Assembly: GCF_963921235.1 (NCBI RefSeq)
Contig: NC_086097.1
Location: 246,700,001-246,764,000, forward strand
Source: Mobula hypostoma
Taxonomy: Eukaryota
Reading direction: 5' to 3'
Length of the DNA: 64,000 nt
Part shown: positions 50,001-63,373 of the stretch, in pieces
Layout of the letters: every line of letters starts with the position of its first letter
Position numbering within the stretch: the stretch's first letter is position 1
Translations under genes and position numbers: made by a program
The notes under the pieces: model-generated
Told to the model about the DNA's origin: nothing
Databases searched by the model: none
The model's input: only the letters and a program-made list of their open reading frames with translations

Positions 50001-51615
50001 AGCTATATACCTGAGGTGCTTAAGACCTAATTTGCCCCAAAAATTGCTGGACAACTTTTATTGATGTGCAATAGAGAGCATATTACCATGCAGAATGACC
50101 GTGTGGTACTCTAGCTGCAGTAAGACAGATCACAAAGCACTCCAGCAGGTGATTGGGATGGTTCAGCTCATTATTGGGAATCAACTGCTGGACCTGGAGA
50201 CAATCTGCAATTCTCGATGCCTATGGCACACTTGTAACATCACTGAAGACACATCCAATCCCAGACACTATCTGTTCAATCGCCTGCCATCTGGTAGGAG
50301 ATACAGAAACTTCTTAGCCAAGACAGTAAGACTAAAGAAACAGCTTCTTCACGAGGGCTGTTGTGCAGCTGAATAACGCTACACCCCAGCTTGTCAATGG
50401 TCTTTGAGTGTTATAGACTATCAAAATCACTTGTTGCATGCACATATGTTTTTTTTTAAATTAAGCCACACCATAGAACAGGTTCCTAAGGTTGTCATAG
50501 CCGAGGGTGGTAGTGGGGATAAGCTCCCACTACCTATTAAGTGCTCCAAATGACGAGCACCTCTAACAGCCTCCGACAACCAAGTCCAACTCTTGGCCTT
50601 CTCAGCCCAGTTCTGCATCCTATCGATGTCGCACTGTAACCACTGGCAACCCTCCAGACTATCCACAACACCCCCAACTTTTGTGTCATCAGCAAACATA
50701 CTAACTCACCCTTCTACTTCTTCATCCAGGTCATTTATAAAAATCACAAAGAGGAGGGGTACCAGAACAGATCCCTACAGAAGACCACTGGTCACCAGCC
50801 TTCATGCAGAATACAAACCACCTGCAACCACCCTTTGCCTTCTGTGGGCAGACCAGTTCTGAATTCACAAAGCAAGGTCTCCTTGGATTTCATTCCTCAT
50901 TACTTTCTGAACGAGCCTCGCATGGGGAACCTTATCAAATGCCTTACTGAAATCCATATACACTACATTTATCAATGTGTTTTATTACATCGCGCGCATT
51001 GTAAATATCTGTTTTGCACGGACTGGAGTAGCACTGCAATCTCATTGTCTTGAGCAATGAGAATAAAGTTCTATTCTGTTCTATCTTTTATCTTTTTATA
51101 GCTTTTTTAGTTGCCTTCTGTTAGCTTTTAAAAGCTTCTCAATTCTCTGACTTCCCACTAGTTTTTGCTATATACCCTGTCTTTCACTTCCCTTAAAAGC
51201 TACGGTTGCCTAATCCTTCCTTTAGAATACTCCTCCTTTGGGATGTATCTACCCCGCACCTTCAGAACTGTTCCCAGAAACTCCAGCCATTGCAGCTCTG
51301 CCGTCATCCCTGCTAGTGTCCCTTTCCAATCAACTTTGGCTAGTTTCTCTCTCATGCCTATGTAATTCCCCTTAGTCCAATACTTCTAGCTTCTCCCTCT
51401 GAAACTGCCGAGTGAGTTCTATATCACTCGCTCCTAATGGTTCCTTTACCTTAAGCTCCCTAATCAAATCTGTTTCATTACACAACACACAATCCATTAT
51501 TAGCTTTTCCCAAGTGGGCTCAAACACAAGCTGCTCTAAAAATACATCTCATAGGCATTCTACAAATTCCCTCTCTTGGGATCCAGCACCAATCTGATTT
51601 TCCTAAGCTACCTGC
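47020..51615 (-). mobile_element. Mosaic of nested CR1 fragments, with a Rex-type insert at about 49925-50400 (+)
   Basis: Repeated RT motifs (DFSKAFDK, YLDFKKAFDKVPH, FADDTKVGG) in several ORFs. Confidence 0.8.
47188..47607. mobile_element. Solo LTR (420 bp) inserted in a CR1 3' end
   Basis: TGTAATGTGG...CCACTCGACA imperfect inverted termini and a 5-bp TSD TGCTG (47183-47187, 47608-47612). The host CR1 is contiguous across it. Confidence 0.75.
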
Positions 51616-52339
51616 ATATTGAAATCCCTCATGATAAATGAAAATGCAACATAATTTTGAAATGAAAGCTTCAGAATCTGAAAGTAATGGAAATGCCCTT
51701 CACCAAATGAGAAACTAAGGCAAAGATTGATCTGTCCTACATAAAATACTAAAAATGTAACTTCGAACTTTCACCACATTCCTGGCCAACAGACTTGTCA
51801 AGATCAACAATATCGCAAATAAAATGGTTGTTCAGTGGAAAGCACTCTGACTGGTTGCATCAGAGTCTAGCATAAAGTCTCCAATGCACAAGATTGTAGA
51901 CTCAGCCAGCTCCATCACAGCTCCCCACCATCAATGTTAGCTTCAACAGTCAATGCCTCGAGAAGGCAGCATTGATCATTAAGGACCCGCACCATCTGGG
52001 ACATGTCCTCTTCTCATTCCTTACAGAAAGGAAGAACAGGAGCCTGAAGACCCACACACAGTGATTCAGAAGCAGCTTCCTCCCCTCTGCCATCAGATTT
52101 CTCAATGGTCCATAAACCCGTGCACACTACATTATTGTTACAGCAGCATCTATCATCAAAGCCCCCCACCCCCACCGCCCCCCCCCCGCCCCGGCAACCA
52201 ACCAGGCCATGCTCTGTTCTCACTGCTGCCATCAGGAAGGAGGTACAACAGCCTGGTCCCATAGCACCAGGTTCAGGAACAAATATCACCCTTCTACCAT
52301 CAAGTTCCTGAACCACATCGATAACTTCACTCACCTCGA

Positions 52340-53085
52340 CTTGCAGAGGGATTTACTCGAGAATGATCCCAGGTTAGATAGAGGAGCGGTTGATGGCTCT
52401 GGGCCTGTACTCACTGGAGTTTAAAATAATGAGGGGGAATCTCATTGCAAACAATCAAATATTAAAAGACCAAGATAGAATGGACATGGAGAGGACGTTT
52501 CCTGTAGCGGGGGAGTCTAAGATCAAAGGGCACAGCCTCAGAATACAAGGATATCCTTTTATACTTTATTATCGCCAAACAATTGATACTAGAACGTACA
52601 ATCATCACAGCGATATTTGATTCTGCGCTTCCCACTCCCTGGAGTACAAATATTAAATATTTAAAATATTTAAAAATAGTAAAAATTAGTATGTATTAAA
52701 CATTTAAATTATAAATCATAAATAGAAAATAGAAAAACATAAAGCAAGGTAGTGCAAAAAAACCGAGAGGCAGGTCTGGATATTTGGAGGGTACGGCCAG
52801 ATCCGGGTCAGGATCCGTTCAGCAGTCTTATCACAGAGATGAGGAATTTCTTTAGCCAGCCGGCAGTGAATCTGTGGAATTCATTGCCACAGACAGCTGT
52901 GGAGGCTAAGTGATTGAGCATATTTAAAGCAAAGGCTGATAGGTTCTTGATTAGTAAGAGTGTCAAAGTCACGGGGAGAAGGCAAGAGAATGGGGTTGAC
53001 AGGGATAATAAATCAGCCATGATGGAATGGCAAAGCAGACTTGATGGGCCAAATGGCCTCATTTTGCTCCCATGTCTTATGATCT
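52340..53085 (+). mobile_element. CR1 3' fragment interrupted by a LINE-tail insertion (about 52558-52835, minus)
   Basis: MALGLYSLEF...GHSLRIQG before the break, and MRNFFSQ.AVNLWNSLP plus 3'UTR after it. Confidence 0.78.
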
Positions 53086-53753
53086 TAAGAGTGATTATCC
53101 TTCAAAAGATATTCAAATGGTTACTAGGTACTTTCGGAAGTCCTGTTAGCTATGTGACTGTGAATACTTTACAAACAAATGTTTCCCAGGAGAGTTAGTT
53201 GATTAGCAGACATTATTAGCCTTTTCCACCAAACAAACTTAGCAAAACAACTTATTGACAAATCCCCTTTACATGTGATGATAAATTTTAATAAACCATG
53301 AGGTTTGGCACATCAGTCTAAAAGTCTTAACCAAAGAATAATCTCATTTATGCTGAGCTAAAGGGAGCAAAATCATTTCAGAGAGCAGCATAGCAAGTTG
53401 CGTACATGCAGCACTGATAAGAACCAATAAAAACCGATGCACTCAGGTACGTACATATTTACAGCGGAAAGGATTTTACACTATTTAACAGCTCTGCATT
53501 AATCCTAGAGATATTTCTTTAAAAACAAAATTAAGATGGCACACACACAAAATGCTGGAGGAACTCATCAGGTCTGACAGCATCTATGGAAAGGAATAAA
53601 TTGTCGAAGTTTTGAGCCGAGACCCTTCATCAGTCCGCTCCACCTGCCAGTCTTGATGAAGGGTCTCAGCCTGAAAGGTCGACTCTTTATTCCTCTGCAT
53701 CAGAGTAGTGAATGTGAGCAAGAGAATTGCGTCTAACGAAAACTAAAAAGATA

Positions 53754-54603
53754 CAGTGGATTCCAGATCATCTGTTTATCTGTTCATCAAGGCAGTCGCT
53801 TATCTGGGACAACTCTTAAAGATGGGGTATGGACGGTTATGGTCTTGGTGGCCTTGAATGGGAGTAGGCAGTTTAAATAGTTTAGTCATGGAATAGATGG
53901 GCCAAAGGGCCTGTTTCTGTGCTGTACTTTTCTGTAACAAAAACTAATTGAGAAAATTGCCAGGATTCCCTTCATTTATTTGGAATGCTATACTGATTAA
54001 TTGGGGCAGGAACAGTTTTTAACTCGTGTCAGTCGCGTGTGCTTTGAGCTCAAAAAGCAGTAATTTTTGTCCCTAATAATTGGCAGGAAACAAGCAGTAA
54101 GAGGACTGTTTTGCTCTCTTCAGTTTCAAGCATTCAGGCTTGGAGATGCCAAAAACAACCAGGAGTGAAAACGAAATCATTTCACTACTTCAAAGAACCA
54201 CAAAGAATTTGCAGGTATCGACAATTACCTTGAACATTTCAATGAATAAGCAAGATTTGGAGGATTCAATCGTCAAAAGCATTGTATGAAGGCAGTCCAA
54301 TATCTGTACTAGCTGTCAGCACTGATTTTGTTCATTTACAGTCAATCAAAAGAACACGGCAGCGTACACTGAATTAATTCCTCTGTCGTTTACTATTAGG
54401 AACAAATATACAGCTTTATAGTACTGTATTTGTATTGGTAGTATTACAATGTGTTCTGTAATACTTGTTCCTCGGTTAAACAACCGTTTATCTCTTTTAT
54501 ACTTTTTCAACTATTTCCATGAAACTTCAGCTGATTGGGGCAGCTACCTAATTGGGCCAAAATGTACTGGTCTCGGTATGTCCCAATTAACCAGAATCCA
54601 CTG
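53754..54603. mobile_element. Tigger-like MITE
   Basis: TA-CAGTGGATTCC... and ...CCCAATTAACCAGAATCCACTG termini. Confidence 0.6.
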
Positions 54604-55164
54604 TGTGTAGCATGAACACAATTGAATATTGTAAGGTGGCAAAAGGTCAGAGCTGATTAAATAGGTCACAGGACATGGTGTATTTCTGCAGAGGGGTGAT
54701 GTAATTAATTGCATGAGGACTAAACAACACACAGTGGCCACATTACTAGGTACACCTGCACACCTGCTCACTAATGCAAATATCTAATCAGCCAATCACA
54801 TGGCAGCAACTCAATGCATAAAAGCATGCAGACATCATTAAGGGGTTGAGTTGTTATTCAGACCAAACATCAGAATGGAGAAGATATGTGATCTAAGTGA
54901 CTTTGACCATGGATGGGGTGGGTTGAGCATCTCAGAAATTGCCGATGTCCTGGGATTGTCACGCACAAGGTCGTGGACCTCTACCATTAAGCGAGGGGGC
55001 CATGGACCCAAGGTTGCAAACCCCTGATCTAGAGTTTACATGGTGCAAGATCAAAAAAATCCTGTGAGTGGCAGTTCTGTGGTTGAAAATGCCTTGTTAA
55101 TGAGTGGTCAGAGGAGAATGCCAAACTGATTCAAGCTGACAGGAAGGCGACAGTAACTGAAACA

Positions 55165-56639
55165 CAAACACGAGGAATTCTGCAGATGCTGGAAATTCAA
55201 GCAACACACATCAAAGTTGCTGGTGAACGCAGCAGGCCAGGCAGCATCTCTAGGAAGAGGTACAGTCAACGTTTCGGGCTGAGACTCTTCATCAGGACTA
55301 ACTGAAAGAAGAGCTAGTAAGAGATTTGAAAGTGGGAGGGGGAGGGGGAGGGGGAGGGGGAGGGGGAGGGGGAGGGGAGGGGGAGATCCAAAATGATAGG
55401 AGAAGACAGGAGGGGGAGAGATGGAGCCAAGAGCTGGACAGGTGATTGGCAAAAGGGATATGAGAAGATCATGGGATAGGAGGCCCAGGGAGAAAGAAAA
55501 AGGAGAGGAGGGAAAAACCCAGAGGATGGGCAAGGGGTATAGTGGGAGGGGCAGAGGGAGAAAAAGGTTCCTCCACCATCAACTCTGCTCTCAAACGCAT
55601 CTCCCCCATTTCACGCACATCTGCTCTCACTCCATCCTCCCACCACCCCACTAGGAATAGGGTTCCCCTTGTCCTCACCTACCACCCCACCAGCCTCCGG
55701 GTCCAACATATTATTATCCGTAACTTCCGCCACCTCCAACGGGATCCCACCACTAAGCACAGCTTTCCGCAGGGATCGCTCCCTACGCGACTCCCTTGTC
55801 CATTCTTCCCCCCCATCCCTCCCCACTGATCTCCCTCCTGGCACTTATCCTTGTAAGCGGAACAAGTGCTACACATGCCCTTACACTTCCTCCCTTACCA
55901 CCATTCAGGGCCCCAGACAGTCCTTCAAGGTGAGGCGACACTTCACCTGTGAGTCGGCTGGGGTGATGTACTGCGTCCGGCGCTCCCAATGTGGCCTTCT
56001 ATATATTGGCGAGACCCGACGCAAACTGGGAGATCGTTTCGCTGAACACCTACGCTCTATCCGCCAGAGAAAGCAGGATCTCCCAGTGGCCACACATTTT
56101 AGTTCCACGTCCCATTCCCATTCTGATATGTCTATCCACGGCCTCCTCTACTGTAAAGATGAAGCCACACTCAGGTTGGAGGAACAACACCTTATATTCT
56201 GTCTGGGTAGCCTCCAACCTGATGGCATGAACATTGACTTCTCAAACTTCTGCTAATGCCCCACCTCCCCCTCGTACCCCATCCGTTATATATTTGTATA
56301 CACACATTCTTTCCCTCTCTCTCCTTTTTCTCCCTCTGTCCCCCTCACTATACCCCTTGCCCATCCTCTGGGTTTCCCCCCTCCCCTTTTCTTTCTCCCT
56401 AGGCCTCCTGTCCCATGATCCTCTCATATCCCTTTTGCCAATCAACTGTCCAGCTCTTGGCTCCATCCCTCCCCCTCCTGTCTTCTCTTATCATTTTGGA
56501 TCTCCCCCTCCCACTTTCAAATCTCTTACTAACTCTTCCTTCAGTTAATCCTGACGAAGGGTCTCAGCCTGAAACGTCAACTGTACCTCTTCCTAGAGAT
56601 GCTGCCTGGCCTGCTGCGTTCACCAGCAACTTTGATGTG
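55165..56639 (+). mobile_element. Penelope-like element with inverted 5' terminal repeat and GIY-YIG ORF remnant
   Basis: 55165-55562 is largely the reverse complement of about 56320-56638. ORF 55669..56256 has VMYCVR..QCGLLYIGET...RFAEH. 13-bp TSD AGTAACTGAAACA (55152-55164, 56640-56652). Confidence 0.92.
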
Positions 56640-56740
56640 AGTAACTGAAACAACTACGTGTTACAACAGTAGAGCATCTACTAACAGCAGAAGAGCATCA
56701 CTGAACACACAAGTCGAACCTTGAAGTGTATGGGCTACAC

Positions 56741-57301
56741 CAATGGTCCCCAACCACCAGGCCGCAGACCGGTACCGAGCTGCAAAGCATGTGCTACCGG
56801 GCCGCGAGGAAACAATATGATTTGGCAATATGAAACGATATGAGTCAGCGTACCTTTCCTCATTCCCTGTTGAACTTGAAATAACCTACCAAATCATGCC
56901 AAATAACACATAAAACCTAAAATAACACTAACATATAGTAAAAGCAGGAATGATATGACAAATACACAGCCTATATAAAGTAGAAATAACGTATGTACAG
57001 TGTAGTTTCACTTAACAGAATCGGGAAGATTGAGCCAAAACTGATTTGTAGAAAATAAATCAGCACGTACACGCATGCGCACACAGGTGCCCGCACAAGG
57101 CTTCATGGTCATGGTAGTCTTTCTCGGGGCAAACACAAGTGTCCCGTATTTGACTGCTACTTTTGTCCCTTATTCGGGAGTGAGAAAGTTGGCAACCCTA
57201 CCTGAAGAACCACCCCCTCCCCAACCACCCTGGTTGACTGGTCCACAAGAATATTGTCGATATGAAACCAGCCCGCGGTGCAAAAAAGGTTGGGACCCCT
57301 G
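56741..57301. mobile_element. hAT (Charlie/Buster-type) MITE
   Basis: TIR CAATGGTCCCCAACC / GGTTGGGACCCCTG and a perfect 8-bp TSD GGCTACAC with central TA. Confidence 0.88.
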
Positions 57302-58349
57302 GGCTACACCAGCAGAAGACCATGAACATACACTCAGTGGCCACTATATTAGGTACAGAGGTACAGAATAAAGTGGCCACTGAATATATATTTCTTATGA
57401 TTTATACTGTATTGCACTATGCTACTGCCGCAAAACAAGAAACTTCATGACGTATGTCAGTGATAATAAACCTGATTTGATTCACAAGACACAGTATATT
57501 TCTGCAGAGGATGGAAACTACACCACGAATACAGGAAGTTTTGGAATTCTAGAGTTTTGCATGATTACATTTGGAGCTCAAAGGTCATTTATGCCTAACG
57601 TCACTTCAAGAAAATTTAACCAAGTGGCTCAGTGGTTCCTCAGTGATAAAGTAAAGGGCACCATGAAGGGCAAAGAACATGTTTTGTTTGGCGGTGAAAA
57701 GGGGAAGAAAAAAGCAAGATCTTCCACGTTTCCATGCTAATGATGCATTCCACCGATTCCCAATAGGCAACTCATTATACGTGCAACAATCAGATTTTCA
57801 GGAGCGAGGAACAAAGTTAGAAAGTGGGATTTTTGTAAAATGCCAGCATAAGTAAAAAAAAGTGGAAAACAAATACAGATTAATTTGTTACTCGGAACAT
57901 GAGGCAAAGATAAAGATTAGCTTTGTTTGTCACATGTACACTGAAACGCACAGTGAAATGTGTCGTTAGCATCAAATCAAATCAGCAAGGATTACGCTGG
58001 GTCATGCTTCCAGCACCAACATAGCATGCCCATAACTACTAACCCTAACCCGTGTGTCTTTGGAATGTGGGAGGAAACCAGCGGCTTCTTTACAGACAGC
58101 AGCAGGAATCAAACCCCCAATCAGTGATCGCTTGTGCTATAAAACGTTACACTAATTGCTACAGTACCGTACAGCTGTGCAAGGGAATTGTGGAAGGGGA
58201 GGCTTTGGAGTTTTGGGTTATTGTGGGTAGTTCCAGGACAGGCAAGATCTGACCAAGACTGCCAGTTTGTCCTTGTCAGGACATCCTGTAAAATAGCTGG
58301 GGAAATTAGCAGCGCACACAAGTTAAAGATGAATGAGCAAAGATTCACA

Positions 58350-58940
58350 TACTAAACACTGAAGGAACTCAGCAGGTCAGGCAGTATTTATGGAAATGAA
58401 TAAACGTCAACGTTTCGGGCTGAGACCGCTCATCAGGACGGGGAAGGAAGGGGGAAGAAGACAGAATAAAGAGGTGGGAGGAGGGGAAGGATAGCTAGAA
58501 GGTGATAGGTGAAACCATGTGGGTACAAAACATAAAGGGCTGTTGAGCAATGCACATCTGCAGGAGTTCACACACAAAATGCTGGAGGAACTCAGCAGGC
58601 CAGGCAGCAATATAAAGGAGGCTGCATCATGAACACCCGACACAATAAGCAGCCCCAGCAGATTACAAACAAGAGAAAAATCTGCAGATGCTGCAACACA
58701 CACAAAATGCTGGAGGAACTCAGCAGGCCAGGTAGCATCTACGGAAATGAGTACAATCAATGTTTCAGGCTGAAACGTCGACTGTACTTTATCCATAGAT
58801 ACTGCCCCTACTGAGTTCCTCCAGCATTTTGTGTGTGAGCTCCAGCAGATTTGCAGGTGAAGTGTTGCCTCACCTGAAAGGAATGTTGAGACCCTGAATG
58901 GAGGTGAGGGAGGAGATGAATGGACAGGCATAGCACTTCA
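58350..58940. mobile_element. Cluster of Penelope terminal-repeat fragments in both orientations
   Basis: Several copies of ACACAAAATGCTGGAGGAACTCAGCAGG, including a small fold-back at about 58680-58850. Confidence 0.75.
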
Positions 58941-61900
58941 CAAAGATTAATGAGAGTGGTGGATAGGATCAGATTATGGTCTGACTAATCAAGAACCTAT
59001 CATCCTGTTTCAAATATACCCAAAGATGAGATCTCAGCCATCTGCGGCAGTGAATTCCAGATTCACCACCCTCTGGCTAAAGAAACTCCTTACTTCTGTT
59101 CTCAAGGGATGTCCTTCTATTCTGAGGCTGTGTCCTCTGGTCCTAGACTTCCCCACTATAGAAGACATCCTCGCCACGTCTATTCTATCTAAGCATTTCA
59201 ATATTTGACAGGTTTCAATGAGATCCCCCCCCACCACACCCCCCATTCATTCTTCGAAACTCCAGTGAATACAGGCCCAGCACTATCAAATGCTCCTCAT
59301 ACATTAACCCTTTCATTCCCTGGATCGTTTTCAGAAACATCCTCTGGACCCCGTTAACATTTCATTCAAAAGCCAGCATTTTCATCTATATATCTCAGAA
59401 CTGCAGAAGGTCAAAGTGCAAAGTAAAATTTGTTATCGGAGTACATACAAGTCACCACGTACAACCCTGAGATTCTTTTTCCTGCGGGCATACTTAGCAG
59501 ATCTATAGAATAGTACTGTAAACTGTAACATCAAGACCCATTAACGGTAAACAAACTGCAAATGCAGATATAACTAGCAATAGATAATGAGCATGAAATA
59601 ACAACACAACAGGTCCTTAAAAGAGCCTGATGGTATGGGATAGTAACTGTTCTTGAACCTGGTGGTGTGAGTCCTGAGGCTCCTGTACCTGACGACAGCA
59701 GCGAGAAAAAAGCATGGCCTGAGTGTAAGGATCTTTGATGATGGGTGCTGCTTTTCTTTGGCAAGGTTTCATGTAGATGTGCTCAGTAGTTAAGTGGATT
59801 TTACCCATGACTTACTGGGCCGAATCCACTACCTGGTGAAGGATTTTCCACTCAAGGGCATTGGTGTTCCCACACCAGGCCGTAATGCAGCCAATTAGCA
59901 CACTTTCTACCACACATCTATAGAAGTTCGCCAAGATTTTCAATTACATGATACTTGGATGAGCATGTCTTATGAAGATAGGTTGAGTGAGTTACAGCCT
60001 TTCTCTTTGGAGCCATGGAGGATGAGAGATGACTTGATTGAGGAGTTCAAGACAGTAAGAGGCATAGATAGAGTGGACAGCCAGAGACTTTTTCCCAGGG
60101 CAGAAATGGCTAATGTAAGGGGTCATAAATTTAAGAAAAGCTTTTGGGAGGGGGATGTCAGAGCTAAGTTTTTTTTTACAGAGTGATGGGTTTATGGAAT
60201 GCCCTGCCATGGGTAGTAGCAGAGGCAGACAAATTAGGGATATATAAGAAACTCTTAAATGGTGGAAAAAAGAGGACTATGTGAGAGGGAAGGGTTGGAT
60301 TGATCTTAAGAGTGCCTTAAAAGGTCAGCACGTCACAGCCCTACACTGTGCTGTTCTGTTCTATATTCCATATACTGGTGCTTGAAGGCACAATTCTATT
60401 ATTCAATTATGATCACTTACATTGGAGGCACAATTTCTGGAACCTGGAGCAAAATAAAATGCCCTTTCATCAGTACAAATTAAGGATCTCGACTCAAAAC
60501 ATCAATTGTCCATCGACAGGTGCTCCCTGACCCACTGAGTTACTCCAGCAGCTCATTTTTGTATAGTTTACAAAGCTGCTTTGCAATCTCCAAAATACTT
60601 TCAACTCCAATGAACAACCTCTTATAGTTACTGCTCTTCTTCGAACAGTAAGAAGGTAATGGTATATATCATATCTCATCAAAAAGGCAGCACCTACTTC
60701 AGTACTTCAGTACTGCAATGCAGGTTTCATCATTTAAGTGGGTTTGAATCTCCAACACGAATACTACCAACACAGATCAAAGCCAAGGGGGAACCTCTTC
60801 ACTCACGAGAGTGATGTGAGTGTGGGAGGAAACCAGAGCACCCAGAGAACGTACAGGGAAAACTTACAGGCAGCGATGGGAATTGAACGCCGAACTCCAG
60901 ATTGCCCCAGAGGTGTAATAGCATTGCGCTAACCACTACTTGAACATGGCACCAAGATGGGTAGCATGACTAGATGGGCTGAAGGGCCTGGTTCTGTGCT
61001 GTGGTGCTCTATGACTCTGATACTAACAGAATTACAGTTAGGAATGTTGATAGCCAATAAATTTCAAAAAGAAAATTATTGCATCCATCAATGCGATTTG
61101 CAATCCTCTGTTCCAGACAGTGAACTGGCTTTAACCCTCAATAGTTTATGATTTATAAATATGTTTATACTGAGTCTATAATCAGCGATGTGTCTGACTG
61201 ATTCAAGCATGTCTTGGACTTCAGGATGTGGTCTCACAGAATGCCAGAATCCAAGCAGAGAACTACCGATAGGTCAAGCGGTCACATCAAAGTCTGGTGC
61301 ACTGCGTCACTAGATGCTAGATGGGCTATCTTCATTCCTTCATTGTCTCTTTTCTTTCTCACTTTCCCCCTGTATGGATATTGGTGACAGGGCAAAGGGA
61401 AAATACTAAAAATGTTCGAACTTGATTACCTAAGAAATGAAAAAAAAATTGCAGAGAACTGAAATTTTTAAAAAAACATTGGACATGTTCACAACACACA
61501 CAAAATGCTGGAGGAACTCAGCAGGCCAAGTAGCATCCATGGAAAAGAGTACAGTTGACGTTTCGGCCCATAGATGCTGCCTGGCCTGCTGAGTTTCTCC
61601 AACATTTAGTGCGTGTTGCTTGGATTTCCAGCATCTGCAGATTTTCTCGTTTGTGATTGAATACGTTCAGGTCAGGCAGCATCTAGAATATTGAATATTA
61701 CAGCACAGCACGCTCGGCCCATGATGTTGTGCTGACCTGTTAATCTAATCCAAAATCAATCTAATCCTTCCCTCCAGAACAGCCAGCCATGTGCCTCTCT
61801 GAGAGCTTAAATGCCCTTAATGAATCTACTATACCTGTAACACCCCTGGCAGTGCGTTCCACACAACCACCACTCTGTGTTAGCCAGCTGCTGGTATAGC

Positions 61901-62155
61901 AACATCAGCACTGGACTTCGAGCCATGTGCTGTCGGGTTCAAATCCAGCAAATCACACTGATGAATGAAATAATGATCTTTTCTTTTTGAAATTAATTGG
62001 CTGACAACATTCCTAAGTGTAATTCTGTTAGTATCAGAGTCTTAGAGCACTACAGCACAGACACAAACCCTTTGGCCCATCTAGTCACGCTACCCATCTC
62101 AGTACCAGGGTAGAGTAGCAGTTAGCACAATGCTATTTCACCACTGGGGCAGTCT

Positions 62156-63373
62156 ATAGAGAGGAACAGGTGGACGTTATTTACTTGGATTTCCAGAAGG
62201 CGTTTGAAAAGGTGCCACATGAAACACTTATCCATAAGATAAGGATGCATAGAGTTGGGGTGATGTATTAGCACGGATAGAGGATTGGTTAACCAATAGA
62301 AAGCAGAGAGTGAGGATACATGGGTGTTACTCTGATTGGGAATCAGTGGTGAGTGGTGTGCTGCAGGGGTCGCTGCTAGACCCACAACTATTCACAATAT
62401 ACATTAACGATCTGGAAGAGGGGACCGAGTGTAGTGTATCTAAGCTTGCTGATGACACGAAATTGAGTGGAAAAGCAAATTGTGCAGAAGATACGGAGAG
62501 TCTGCAGAGAGATGTAGATAGGTTAAGTGAGTGGGCAAGGGTCTGGCAGATCGAGTACAATGTTGATAAATGTGAAGTCATCCACTTTGAAAGGAAAAAT
62601 GGAAGAGCAGATTATTATTTAAATGGTAAAAGATTGCAGCATGCTGCTGTGCAGAGGGACTTGGAAGTGCTTGTGCATGAATCACAAAAGGTTGGTTTGC
62701 AGGTGCAGCAGGCTGTCAAGAAGGCAAATGGGATGTTGGCCTTCATTGCTAGAAGGATTGAATTTAAGAGCAATGGGGTTTATGTTGCAACTGTACAGAG
62801 TACTGTTGAAGCCACATATGGAATACTGCATGTAATTCTGGTCTCCTTACTTGAGGAAGGATGGACTGGCGTTGGAGGCAGCGCAGAGGAGGTTCACCAG
62901 ACTGGTTCCAGAGGTGAGGGGGTTAGACTATGAGGAGAGATTGAGTCGCCTCGGACTGTACTCACTGGAATCCAGAAGAATGAGAGGAGATCTTATAGAA
63001 ACATATAAAATTATAAAAGGGATAGATAAGATAGAGGCAGGAAAGTTGTTCCCACTGGTAGGTGAGACTAGAACCAGGGGATATAGCCTCAAGATTCAGG
63101 GGAGTAGATTTAGGACAGAGATGAGGAGGAACTGCTTTTCCCATAGAGTGGTGAATCTGTGGAATTCTCTGCCCAATGAAGCAGTGGAGGCTACCTCAGT
63201 AAATATATTTGAGACAAAGTTGGATAGAATTTTGCATGGTAGGGGAATTAAGTGTTATGGGGAAAAGGCAGGTAGGTGGAGATGAGTCCATGGTCAGATC
63301 AGCCATGATCTTATTGAATGGCAGAGCAGGCTTGACGGGACAGATGGCCGACTCCTGCCCCTATTTCTTATGT
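62156..63373 (+). mobile_element. CR1 3' fragment (RT to 3'UTR)
   Basis: ORFs 62310..62933 and 62851..63285 with CR1 RT C-terminal motifs, and a (ttcttatg) tail. Confidence 0.92.

Larger units (their letters stand above)
54728..57388 (+). mobile_element. Tc1-like element hosting the Penelope and hAT insertions
   Basis: Termini CAGTGGCCACATTACTAGGTAC and ATAAAGTGGCCACTGA, with a Tc1-like interior resuming across both TSDs. Confidence 0.7.

Noticed and set aside
51790..51815. Alternative SUGCT 'DLTR' exon
   Set aside because: The reading does not match, and the true exon with correct splice sites is at 24378-24423.
58560..58850. CRISPR-like recurring repeat ACACAAAATGCTGGAGGAACTCAGCAGG
   Set aside because: It has irregular spacing and mixed orientation, with no cas genes. 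It is the Penelope terminal repeat in a eukaryotic intron.
61150..61450. Exon of a neighbouring gene or SUGCT exon 1 after a minus-strand polypyrimidine/AG
   Set aside because: All frames close quickly, and I found no recognisable peptide or convincing donor.
61882..61950. tRNA gene
   Set aside because: It has A/B-box-like motifs but no complete cloverleaf, and it continues as a SINE body at about 63374.
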